Assembly: GCF_034931425.1 (NCBI RefSeq)
Contig: NZ_JAYGHQ010000013.1
Location: forward strand, 31,473-95,472
Direction: 5' to 3'
From: Crocosphaera sp. XPORK-15E
GTDB taxonomy: Bacteria > Cyanobacteriota > Cyanobacteriia > Cyanobacteriales > Microcystaceae
Length of the DNA: 64,000 nucleotides
Shown here in pieces: positions 9,675 to 18,663 of the stretch. The stretch's first letter is position 1. Every line of letters starts with the position of its first letter. Below the pieces are notes generated by a model. It did not search any database, was not told where the DNA came from, and saw nothing but the letters and a program-made list of their open reading frames with translations. A program made the translations under genes and the position numbers.

Positions 9675-10385
9675 TTAGAAGAATTTTGGTTGATGACGGA
9701 TTAAATTGAGGAATTCCTCACGGGTTTTTTGCTCTTCTTGAAAATCTCCCAGCATGGCACTGGTGACAGTCCAAGAGCCAGGTTTTTGAACCCCACGCAT
9801 AACCATACACATATGAGTAGCTTCCATGACGACAGCTACCCCACGAGGTTCTAAAATTTCTTGAATAGCTTCGGCAATTTGACGAGTGAGACGCTCTTGT
9901 ACTTGTAAGCGACGGGAATACATTTCCACGATCCGGGCTAATTTGCTCAGTCCCACCACTTTCTGGTTAGGAATATAAGCAACGTGGGCCTGTCCCATAA
10001 AAGGTAACATATGGTGTTCACACAAGCTAAAGAAATTAATATCTCGAACTAACACCATTTCATTGTGTCCCTCGTCAAAGATCGCCCCATTGACTAATTC
10101 TTCGAGAGACTGATCATAACCTTGGGTGAGAAACTTCATGGCCTCTGCTACCCGTTTCGGGGTTTTGAGCAACCCTTCCCGCTCCGGATCTTCTCCCACC
10201 GCTTCTAACATAGTGCGGACAGCATCCATCATTTTCTCGGTACTAACATCAGAAGGCGGCTGAATTTTAGCTTGCTGTCCATTGTGGGTATTGCGATCAG
10301 GCCGAGTCACTACTCTCTCCGTTAAATTAGGGTTGAGGGCATTAGGGTTAAGGCGATTGGAGCCGTTAGGAGACGCTATTGTCAT
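9675..10385 (-). CDS. folE: GTP cyclohydrolase I
   Basis: 236 aa with [29 protein letters not shown] and RLQVQERLT motifs. Confidence 0.9.
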   Translation of the reverse strand: MTIASPNGSNRLNPNALNPNLTERVVTRPDRNTHNGQQAKIQPPSDVSTEKMMDAVRTMLEAVGEDPEREGLLKTPKRVAEAMKFLTQGYDQSLEELVNGAIFDEGHNEMVLVRDINFFSLCEHHMLPFMGQAHVAYIPNQKVVGLSKLARIVEMYSRRLQVQERLTRQIAEAIQEILEPRGVAVVMEATHMCMVMRGVQKPGSWTVTSAMLGDFQEEQKTREEFLNLIRHQPKFF

Positions 10386-10412
10386 AGTTAAAGTAAAAAC
10401 GCTTATCGGGGA

Positions 10413-11141
10413 TTAAAGGGTTCCAGCACTTGGTAAAATGGTGATCTCTTCCATGACGGCTTCTGCTGGTAAGAGGGCCGCCTGAAGGATAGTTTGGGCC
10501 ACAAGCTCAGGCTTGAGCATGGCAGTACGATCAAAGTCGGCCTGTACTGTCTCCGTGTCCCAAATCGGTGTATTAACAGCACCCGGCAGAATGGTTACGA
10601 CACGGATGCCATGGCTTCGCTCTTCAGCCGCTAAGACTTTTGAAAAAGATACCAAACCCGCTTTACTGACACAGTATGCTCCCCAGCCCGCAAAAGGCTG
10701 AGTCGCGGCAATAGAGGCGACATTAATAATGATTCCTTGGCTGCGATCGCGCATCTGGGGCAAGACCCCTTGAACACACTGAAAGACACTGGTTAAGTTC
10801 AAATCTATTACCCGTTGCCAGTCTGATAGGGATGTCTCCCGCAATAAATTGGTGTACCCCATTCCTGCGTTATTGACTATAATGTCAACGCCATCAAAAT
10901 CAGCCACAATTTCTTGGATTTTTGCTGGTATTTCTGATAGCTGACTTAAGTCGATCTCATAGGCTTTGGCCTTAACTCCCTGCTCTCTAGCTGTTTGAGC
11001 CACAGATTCTAGTTGATCAAGGGAACGGCTAACAAGGGCAACGTCAATCCCTGCTTGAGCAAAGGCTAAACTGGTTGCTTTGCCAATACCACGACTTGCG
11101 CCTGTGATAATTGCTTTGGGTTGATTTAACGAAGAACTCAT
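10413..11141 (-). CDS. SDR-family short-chain dehydrogenase/reductase
   Basis: 242 aa with TGASRGIGKA, NNAG and a YxxxK (YCVSK) catalytic motif. Confidence 0.85.
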   Translation of the reverse strand: MSSSLNQPKAIITGASRGIGKATSLAFAQAGIDVALVSRSLDQLESVAQTAREQGVKAKAYEIDLSQLSEIPAKIQEIVADFDGVDIIVNNAGMGYTNLLRETSLSDWQRVIDLNLTSVFQCVQGVLPQMRDRSQGIIINVASIAATQPFAGWGAYCVSKAGLVSFSKVLAAEERSHGIRVVTILPGAVNTPIWDTETVQADFDRTAMLKPELVAQTILQAALLPAEAVMEEITILPSAGTL

Positions 11142-11334
11142 GGTATACTCAGTTTTCTATTTGACATTTCACCCACGAGTGAACTGCGCGATGCTCTGTT
11201 TGTGGTATCCTGTAACATTTCCAAATTTAAGAAATTGTTACAAAAGTTCACTTTGCAATTATAACATTCTCTGGGGAGTTCACGGTTAAGGATCTTGAAA
11301 TCCAATGATTGTGAGACTGATACCCTGTCGTTAT

Positions 11335-12333
11335 CTAGTGGGTTGCGGTTAAGGCGGGTTCTCGCTCTAAAAATACGCCGATTTTACGGAATTTTTGATA
11401 CCGTAAGGCTTTGCGCTTTTCTGGGGACAACATTGATAATTCTTCCAGATGTTTTAATAAGGTTTGTTTGAGCAGGGCCGCAGCTTCTAGGGGTTTAGCG
11501 TGGGCTGCCCCAGAGGGTTCGGGTATAATTTCATCAATAATTCCCAACTCTTTTAAGTCGCTGGAGGTAATTTTGAGAGCAACAGCGGCCTGGGGAGATT
11601 TTTTCGCATCTTTCCAGAGAATAGCAGCACAAGCTTCGGGGGTAGCAACGGTATAAACGGCGTGTTCTAGCATCAATAATTGATCGCCGACTCCAATACC
11701 TAAAGCACCGCCTGATCCTCCTTCGCCGATGACAGTACAGATGATCGGGACATCAAAACTAAACATTTGACGGAGGTTAAAGGCGATCGCTTCTCCTTGG
11801 CCTAATTTTTCGGCATCTACCCCGGCCCAAGCTCCAGGGGTATCAATAAAGGTAATAATGGGCATCCCAAATTGGTTAGCGTGTTCCATGAGGCGAATGG
11901 CTTTGCGATAACCTCCAGGGGCCGGCATCCCAAAATTACGGGCTACATTATCCTTAGTATCCCGTCCTTTTTGATGGCCTAAAATAACAACGGGACGACC
12001 CCCCAAACGGGCCACGCCTCCCACTAAGGCCGGATCATCAGAGCCGCCGCGATCGCCGTGTAACTCAAACCATTCATCAGCGATCGCCTGTATATAGTCG
12101 AGGGTACTGGGGCGACGAGGGTGACGGGCTAACTGGAGGCGTTGAGAGGGGGTTAAGGCAATAAAAATCTCTTGACGGAGGGTTTCAGCACGATTTTCGA
12201 GTTGAGCGATTTGCTCGGAGACATCGACATTGTTTTCTTCTGCTAATTGCCGAATTTGCTCAATGCGGGCTTCTAACTCCCATAAAGGCTTTTCAAAGTC
12301 CAGCAGAAAGGTTCGGCGTTCGTTTTTGCTCAT
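11335..12333 (-). CDS. accA: Acetyl-CoA carboxylase carboxyltransferase alpha subunit
   Basis: 332 aa. The N-terminus [18 protein letters not shown] and the AccA core are present. Confidence 0.9.
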   Translation of the reverse strand: MSKNERRTFLLDFEKPLWELEARIEQIRQLAEENNVDVSEQIAQLENRAETLRQEIFIALTPSQRLQLARHPRRPSTLDYIQAIADEWFELHGDRGGSDDPALVGGVARLGGRPVVILGHQKGRDTKDNVARNFGMPAPGGYRKAIRLMEHANQFGMPIITFIDTPGAWAGVDAEKLGQGEAIAFNLRQMFSFDVPIICTVIGEGGSGGALGIGVGDQLLMLEHAVYTVATPEACAAILWKDAKKSPQAAVALKITSSDLKELGIIDEIIPEPSGAAHAKPLEAAALLKQTLLKHLEELSMLSPEKRKALRYQKFRKIGVFLEREPALTATH

Positions 12334-12449
12334 GAAATCCCCAATAGCTCATCAGGCAGGTCTGACATTATATTATACCCTTTGAGGTTATGCTTGGATT
12401 TTCTTTGATGGGATACAATCATAAAATTGTAATAACCTGGCAATTGTCT

Positions 12450-14384
12450 ATGGATACTTGGTTACAACCTGACGCAACGGTTAATCATCGCTATCAGATC
12501 CTACGTCAACTCGGACAAGGAAAATTAGGACGGACATACTTAGCTGAAGATCGTCATCGCTTCAAGGAACTTTGTATTCTACAAGAATTTGCCCCTGATG
12601 TTCATGATCCCCAGGCTTTACAAAAAACCGAAGAACTGTTTCAACGAAAAGCCCAAATTCTCTACAGTCTCGATCATCCCCAAATTCCTCGTTTTCGTGA
12701 ATTATTTCCCTTCAAACACGAAGAAAAAATCAGTTTATTTTTAGCACAAGACTATATCCAAGGGTTAACCTATCGTCAGCTATTAAATGAGCGTTTAAGC
12801 CAAGGAGAAGTATTTTCCGAAGCAGAAGTGACCCAATTTTTATTAGATATTTTACCCGTTCTTATTTATCTTCATGGAAAGGGGATTATTCACCGTGATT
12901 TAACCCCTGATAATATTGTTTGTCGTGATGAGGATAAATTACCCATTCTCATTGATTTTGGCAGTGTTAAACAACTGTCTGCCATTGCCACAACCTATTT
13001 TAAACAACCTCAATTACTCACGGCCAAAATTCTGCAAATTGGTCAACCAGGATATGCCCCCCAGGAACAGATTAATCAGGGAATCGTCTCGGCTTCTAGT
13101 GATTTATATGGGTTAGCTGCCACTGCTCTTGTTTTGCTGACGGGGAAAGAACCCCTAACCCTAATTGATCCACACACATCTCTTTGGTCTTGGCCCTCAG
13201 AAATCTCTTTGAGCGATTCTTTGACCCATATCTTACAAAAAATGTTGGCTCAAGCTTCCGGCGATCGCTATGATTCGGCCCAAGAAGTAATTAATGCCCT
13301 AAACAATCTTACTCCTCAACCTACCACACCCACAAAAGTCGTTGTTAATTCTACGGCAAATTCTGCTATAATCTCTCAGATTTCTACTCAGGAAATCTCT
13401 CGTCAATCTACCTCTGAAATACAAACCAATATGACATTGACAAGCAATAAAAATAGTCCGATAACTGGCTGTTTAGGTAAGCTTATTTTGATTTTGAGCC
13501 TAATTTTAGGATCAGGAATGATTGGGTGGTGGGCCGGAAAAGTATGGATATCACAAGTATTGACAGCTAAGAAAAACCCTGAGCAGATTTCTATTTTTTC
13601 TAATGAAGAATCAACCCCAAAAATTAGTGACCAAGAGTTACAGCGTAAAACAGAATTACGCACCCGTCGTCGTCAATTAGGGCTTGATCAAAGTTGGTTT
13701 GTTAATGTGGTTGATGAGATTTTTGGCGATCAGTATCCTTCGGAGAAAGGAAGGATCTTGAGCAATGGGAAAGATGATGCTTCTTGGCGAGAAAAATGGG
13801 ATCAAACGGCGGCTAATTTATTAGATACTTTAGAAGGATTAAGTGCAGAAGCAATGCAAGGAATTGGCAGTTATACCCAAAATCAACGGGATAGTTGGAA
13901 ATCACAAGTTAATAATTTACATTTGAGTAGTCGGGCGTTATATGATTTAGTTGATGGGCAATTTTTGTCCAAGTTTCCTGAACAGATAGACCAGAATTTT
14001 TTGGATAAACCTATTGGCCAAATTTGGAGTGCGATGGTATTAGATACCTTAACAGCTTTACAGTCAGGAACTATCTATGAAAAGCTTTCTTTAGTATCAG
14101 AATTTCCCACAATTGAAAGAGAAGAAAGGTTAGAAGTTGGAGCAGGAAAAGCCTATGTTTTACAATTAAACGCCGCCGAAAAAATTGAGATAAAATTAGA
14201 AGGCGATCGCAATTTATTGTTATCGATTTATTCACCGACTGGTAATAATAATCTATTAGAAGATTCTCCAGAACATCAATGGTCAGGAGAACTCCCTGAA
14301 AGCGGTTATTATGAGTTTACAGTGGTATCTAAAGCGGATAAACCTGTTAATTATAAGTTAAAGATTACGGTTTCTCAAGAATAG
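12450..14384 (+). CDS. Ser/Thr protein kinase with a C-terminal TM segment and an extracytoplasmic domain. The start was chosen at the internal ATG that begins MDTWLQPD.
   Basis: Kinase motifs GQGKLGRTY, HRDLTPDNIV, DFGSVK and APQE are present, followed by a TM helix LILILSLILGSGMIGWWAG. The track ORF starts at 12390, but that N-terminal extension is unlikely to be real. Confidence 0.8.
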   Translation: MDTWLQPDATVNHRYQILRQLGQGKLGRTYLAEDRHRFKELCILQEFAPDVHDPQALQKTEELFQRKAQILYSLDHPQIPRFRELFPFKHEEKISLFLAQDYIQGLTYRQLLNERLSQGEVFSEAEVTQFLLDILPVLIYLHGKGIIHRDLTPDNIVCRDEDKLPILIDFGSVKQLSAIATTYFKQPQLLTAKILQIGQPGYAPQEQINQGIVSASSDLYGLAATALVLLTGKEPLTLIDPHTSLWSWPSEISLSDSLTHILQKMLAQASGDRYDSAQEVINALNNLTPQPTTPTKVVVNSTANSAIISQISTQEISRQSTSEIQTNMTLTSNKNSPITGCLGKLILILSLILGSGMIGWWAGKVWISQVLTAKKNPEQISIFSNEESTPKISDQELQRKTELRTRRRQLGLDQSWFVNVVDEIFGDQYPSEKGRILSNGKDDASWREKWDQTAANLLDTLEGLSAEAMQGIGSYTQNQRDSWKSQVNNLHLSSRALYDLVDGQFLSKFPEQIDQNFLDKPIGQIWSAMVLDTLTALQSGTIYEKLSLVSEFPTIEREERLEVGAGKAYVLQLNAAEKIEIKLEGDRNLLLSIYSPTGNNNLLEDSPEHQWSGELPESGYYEFTVVSKADKPVNYKLKITVSQE

Positions 14385-14404
14385 TAAAATTAAGCCTAAA
14401 TTTG

Positions 14405-16870
14405 TTAACATTTGATAGTAGGGACGGGACGATGTACATAAGCGATCGCCCTTCCTTTGACTGAGTTTTTATCATAAATTCCTTGAAAATTACCCTCTAA
14501 TTTTGTTCTGTTACGAATTAACTTTAGGGTATATTCTGCTTCTGCATTTGTTGCAGTTAGTAGGGTAGGAAAGGTTTGAATTTTAAGGGTTAATTTAAAC
14601 TCATTATTGTTTGTTTCACTCTCAATAATTTCCCCTCTAATTCCATCACCATAAACAATTTTATCCCAAGTATTATTAGAGCAAACTAAACCAATTATTA
14701 GATGATTTTTAATCATTTTTAAACTAGGTTTATCCCCTTCTCTTGCAGGGGACAAGGTTTGAATTTTAACCATTCCTCCTAACAGGGTAACAAAAATTTG
14801 TCCCTGTAACGGTTCATGAGTTTTTTGCGGTAAATTATCCCAAAAAGTAGCGATAGAAACGGCTCTATAATTCCCTTGTCTGAGAGGATTTATGATTTCA
14901 AATTGGGGACTATTATTCCATAGTTTATCCCCTTTTCCATGCCAACGATATTTAGTATAACCTAACAGGCCAGGATGGGAAAAACTGCGATCTATTGCCT
15001 CTCGCCCCCGCAATTTTTGCCTAGTAATAGTATCATACCCTCCAGGGGGTTCAATGGGGTTTCTGATCAGGCTATAATCATCTGTCCAGGTACTTAATTC
15101 ACCATTAAGAATAGGACGATTTACAACTTGATAAAAGTCATCGAATAACTCATAAAAATTCCCTCGATAATTGTTGCGAGAAACCACATCAGCATATTGT
15201 TTTTCTACTTCTAAAACTGCTGGCCCTGGAGTCTGTCCCCAACGACAACCTAAAATTAGATGATTGGGATCATATTTGCGGATTTTTTCGATACAAATTT
15301 GATAATATTGTTCTACCCAAAGTTGAACAAAGTCAGATTGATCTTGTAAATAAGTTTCGGAAATTAAGATTTCTTCCCTTGCTGTTAAATTGCGTATATT
15401 TTCTTTTGAAACAATCTCAATTTGCCAAACTTTACCTAAATTTTTCAGGGAAGTATGACGAGTTAATACAAATTCCCAGGCTTTTTGTGCCGCAGGTATT
15501 TCTTGTTTTTGACTTAAACAAAACTGTAATAAACCAATGCCTTTTGGGTTTAATTTTGGTTCTGCTGGTAATTCTAATTGATCCGGTTTAATGGGGCCAT
15601 TATAACGATAAGTAGGGCTATAAGAAATAATACTTTCATTATGACCTAAGACTTCCATAAAACCTCGTTCATTATCTAAAAAATAACCCAGAAGCATTTT
15701 ATTATTTTTCAGAGGAGTACAAAGATTTTTGCATTTTTCATCAATATTTTCTGCCCATTCTGGATGCCAAACATCAGGAAATTTTTCCATTAACCACGGC
15801 CCTTCGTAATAGGTTTCAATAATTTCTGTAAATGCCATATCTTGGTCAAAAAATTCCGATGTTGTCCAGGCCCCCATCCCATTAAAACCCCATTCTTTAA
15901 GATAGTTTACCCAGGTTTTAACGGTGGTTTTGGGAAGCGGAGGTAAGTTAGCCCGTCTTCCTCCCATTCCTCCTGCATTTAACCCCGTACAACCCCGATG
16001 ATAAAAGGCCTTTCCTTGGGGATCAATAAACCACCATTTCCCATAAATACTCTTACCAACTCTAAAAAATTTCTCTTTACCTCGAATGGTTTTAGAATCA
16101 AATTTAACGGCAGTTAATAGCTTATCATCATTGGTTTTTGCCATATCTATTGTTTGTTGCCATTGACTAAGTTTCCATTGATAAACTGCTTCAATTTCTG
16201 CTTTTGTAACTATTGTAAAGCGAGTAGCTAAACGGGCTAAATTCCAAGGTAGCCATTTTGTTTTGTTGCCGTGATAGACTTCAATAATAATAGAATAAAT
16301 TCCCTTTTGAACTTGTATAAATTCTCCATGTTTAACAGGTGTTTTATTTACCCACATTTCTGCCTTAACATTTAAACCTGCTACGCCATGACATACCCTT
16401 AATAAGTAAGGTTGATCAAAGGTAATAACTGTATAAAAAATAGAATAAATTTCTGGTTTATTATTGCCTATTTTTTTTAGATCAATTGCATCCGTAAAGT
16501 CGGGCCAACTGTTAGAGATTATTTGCTCTTTTGGTAAAGTTTTAAAGTTGTTTAAATTTGATACATTATTGATAAGTTTTTGACCTTCTCCTTGGGTTAT
16601 TTGGGTTTGATATAACCATTGTTGAGGAACCATATTATCTTTAAATTGAATGGGAGTAATATAATTATTAAAAATTATATCTTGAGACGGATAAATATCA
16701 ATAATAGTTGGTTTTAGGGGTTTAGGTTCAATTCCTGGAATGTTTTGATCATTAGTTTTTACTATCTCTTGAGAGACTGCCGATTTTTGATAGTATTTTG
16801 TCAATATTCCAGAAAGTAAAGCGACAGTCCAACCGAATAAAAAACGTCTATTAAATTTCATATTTCCCAA
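14405..16870 (-). CDS. Large secreted protein, probably a glycoside-hydrolase-like enzyme (TIM-barrel family not determined)
   Basis: 821 aa. An N-terminal signal peptide is followed by a long domain with GH-like acidic/aromatic motifs (NERGF, WGFNGMGAWT). The family cannot be resolved from the sequence alone. Confidence 0.55.
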   Translation of the reverse strand: MGNMKFNRRFLFGWTVALLSGILTKYYQKSAVSQEIVKTNDQNIPGIEPKPLKPTIIDIYPSQDIIFNNYITPIQFKDNMVPQQWLYQTQITQGEGQKLINNVSNLNNFKTLPKEQIISNSWPDFTDAIDLKKIGNNKPEIYSIFYTVITFDQPYLLRVCHGVAGLNVKAEMWVNKTPVKHGEFIQVQKGIYSIIIEVYHGNKTKWLPWNLARLATRFTIVTKAEIEAVYQWKLSQWQQTIDMAKTNDDKLLTAVKFDSKTIRGKEKFFRVGKSIYGKWWFIDPQGKAFYHRGCTGLNAGGMGGRRANLPPLPKTTVKTWVNYLKEWGFNGMGAWTTSEFFDQDMAFTEIIETYYEGPWLMEKFPDVWHPEWAENIDEKCKNLCTPLKNNKMLLGYFLDNERGFMEVLGHNESIISYSPTYRYNGPIKPDQLELPAEPKLNPKGIGLLQFCLSQKQEIPAAQKAWEFVLTRHTSLKNLGKVWQIEIVSKENIRNLTAREEILISETYLQDQSDFVQLWVEQYYQICIEKIRKYDPNHLILGCRWGQTPGPAVLEVEKQYADVVSRNNYRGNFYELFDDFYQVVNRPILNGELSTWTDDYSLIRNPIEPPGGYDTITRQKLRGREAIDRSFSHPGLLGYTKYRWHGKGDKLWNNSPQFEIINPLRQGNYRAVSIATFWDNLPQKTHEPLQGQIFVTLLGGMVKIQTLSPAREGDKPSLKMIKNHLIIGLVCSNNTWDKIVYGDGIRGEIIESETNNNEFKLTLKIQTFPTLLTATNAEAEYTLKLIRNRTKLEGNFQGIYDKNSVKGRAIAYVHRPVPTIKC

Positions 16871-17247
16871 TATTCTAAGGTTCTACAGAACTTGCAAGCC
16901 AAAATCAACAACTATATACAGTCTAAAGCCTAATACGATAACAACAATAAAATGAGAATAGTAAAAGACAAAAAAATGAGAATTTTTACCGGAAAATTGG
17001 GTTTAAGGTTCCCCGTCCCTTTTAGGACGGCTTTATATGGTGTATGATGTTAAGGATAGCGGGCAGGGTAATCAACCGCTTTAAAAACCCAGTCATCGAA
17101 GGATGAACGCACCATCAGGATCACAAGCGTTCCTGAACAGGGAACATCTGCCCTTAGCTTGGCGGCTTTTGGTTTAGTTAGTGCGGCTGTACTCAGACGC
17201 AAACGCAAATAATTCAAATTTTAACAGGACTTACGCAACTGTTTTGG

Positions 17248-17274
17248 TAGGGGCAATTCATGAATTGCCCCTAC
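17248..17274. repeat. Perfect 27-nt palindrome GTAGGGGCAATTCA|TGAATTGCCCCTAC, a member of the GTAGGG...CCCTAC element family
   Basis: It lies in a 457-bp intergenic region and shares its ends with the palindromes at 37391-37730. Confidence 0.5.
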
Positions 17275-17327
17275 AGGTATACCGCTACGGGTCAGGCAAA
17301 AGTTAGGAGAAAAGAAAGGTTCAGCTT

Positions 17328-18533
17328 TTAAATAAACTTAGCGATCGCCTCAGCAATACCTTGAGATCCTCCTGGTTTTCCGACTCTTTCTTGACCATTT
17401 TTTACACAATTTTCTAAGTAATCATTGTCTCTTAAAATTTTTTGAATTGTTTGAGCAGCTTGGGTAAACATAGCAGGATTTTTATAACTGTTGCCAATAG
17501 TAGTTATAGAAGTGCCTAATAGTCGCATTTGGGCCTCAGCAAATTCGTAGGTAAATTGGGGGCCTTTTCCTGGTAATTGAATGACAGGTTTTCCTAAGCC
17601 TACTACTTGTTCAACGGCTGTTCCTGCCATGCCAATCGCTAAATTACATTGATAAATAATATCGGCAAAAGCATTATAATAACCTTGAATTATTATTATT
17701 TTATCTGTTAATTTTTTTGTGAATATTCCTGGAAATTGATAGTCCCATCCTTGTTTTTTTGCCAAATTTTCTAAGTCTAATTCTGTAATACTTTTTACCA
17801 AAGCAATCCGAAATTGAACCGTTTCTAAATCAGCTAATACTTCACAGACTTGTAATTGTAATTCTAAGTTATGAATAGCTTCAGGAACTCGACTACCTGG
17901 TAATAAAGCAATCATAGGAAGATCCGGGTTTAAATGTAAATCTTGACCGGTTGGAGTGAGAACATCCATAATAGGATAGCCCGCAAAAATTGCCTTTTTC
18001 ATCCCTTGGTTTTGTAAGTCTTCGGCCGTAAAATTATCCCTGGTAAAGATAGCTAAACATCGGGGCGATCGCAAACCTAAACGAGTTAACCAGGGAAGTC
18101 GTAATTTTCCTTCATAAAAGCTAGAAGTAGACACCAAAAAAGCCACATAGGGACGACCAGAAATATAGGCCATGGTAATGGGAAAAATATCCCCAACAGC
18201 CACAATTAAATTATAATTAGAGCTAGACTTTAATAGGGTGCGAATTTGATAGATAGTCAGTCCAATTAACCCGGCACTTAAATCTTTTAATAACGTGAAT
18301 ATATTCATATAAAAAATGCCGCCAGATGGCAAATTTTGGGGTTGTCCAAGGATGGGAATATCTAAAGAATGGTAAGCGTTGCCTTCCCCAACCAAAGGCA
18401 TTCCTGATACAATGATTTGAGGGGCAATTTTAACCAATGCCTGGAGAATGAGACTAGCATTTAGGTCTTCTCCATGCCCATTACTCATAAATAATACTGG
18501 TTTTTTGAGCATGATTGATATTGAGAAAAGCAT
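17328..18533 (-). CDS. Lipid-A-disaccharide synthase-related glycosyltransferase (LpxB-like), paralogue 1
   Basis: 401 aa with SNGHGEDL...MPLVGEGNAY...LPGSR motifs. It is a paralogue of 49823-51076. Confidence 0.75.
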   Translation of the reverse strand: MLFSISIMLKKPVLFMSNGHGEDLNASLILQALVKIAPQIIVSGMPLVGEGNAYHSLDIPILGQPQNLPSGGIFYMNIFTLLKDLSAGLIGLTIYQIRTLLKSSSNYNLIVAVGDIFPITMAYISGRPYVAFLVSTSSFYEGKLRLPWLTRLGLRSPRCLAIFTRDNFTAEDLQNQGMKKAIFAGYPIMDVLTPTGQDLHLNPDLPMIALLPGSRVPEAIHNLELQLQVCEVLADLETVQFRIALVKSITELDLENLAKKQGWDYQFPGIFTKKLTDKIIIIQGYYNAFADIIYQCNLAIGMAGTAVEQVVGLGKPVIQLPGKGPQFTYEFAEAQMRLLGTSITTIGNSYKNPAMFTQAAQTIQKILRDNDYLENCVKNGQERVGKPGGSQGIAEAIAKFI

Positions 18534-18663
18534 TCTTTGTTAAGATAACATAAATTAGTTTAAAACTTGGCAATTAATGGCTAAAATTAAAGAAGATATC
18601 TTAAAGTTAAAATTTCTAGATTGATAAATAAAACATTCTATTATCTTAATTCCTAACTTCATT

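Noticed and set aside
10513-13663. Track ORFs 10513-10701(+), 11411-11656(+), 12916-13116(+) and 13403-13663(-)
   Set aside because: They are embedded antisense or out of frame within the SDR, accA and Ser/Thr kinase genes. No domain signal.
16871-17327. tmRNA or RNase P RNA in the 457-bp gap
   Set aside because: There is no resume-codon tag ORF ending in ...AA-stop, no GGTTCGA-type T-arm, and no GGAAAGTCCGGGCTCC P4 or GGTAAGAGCGCACC motif on either strand.
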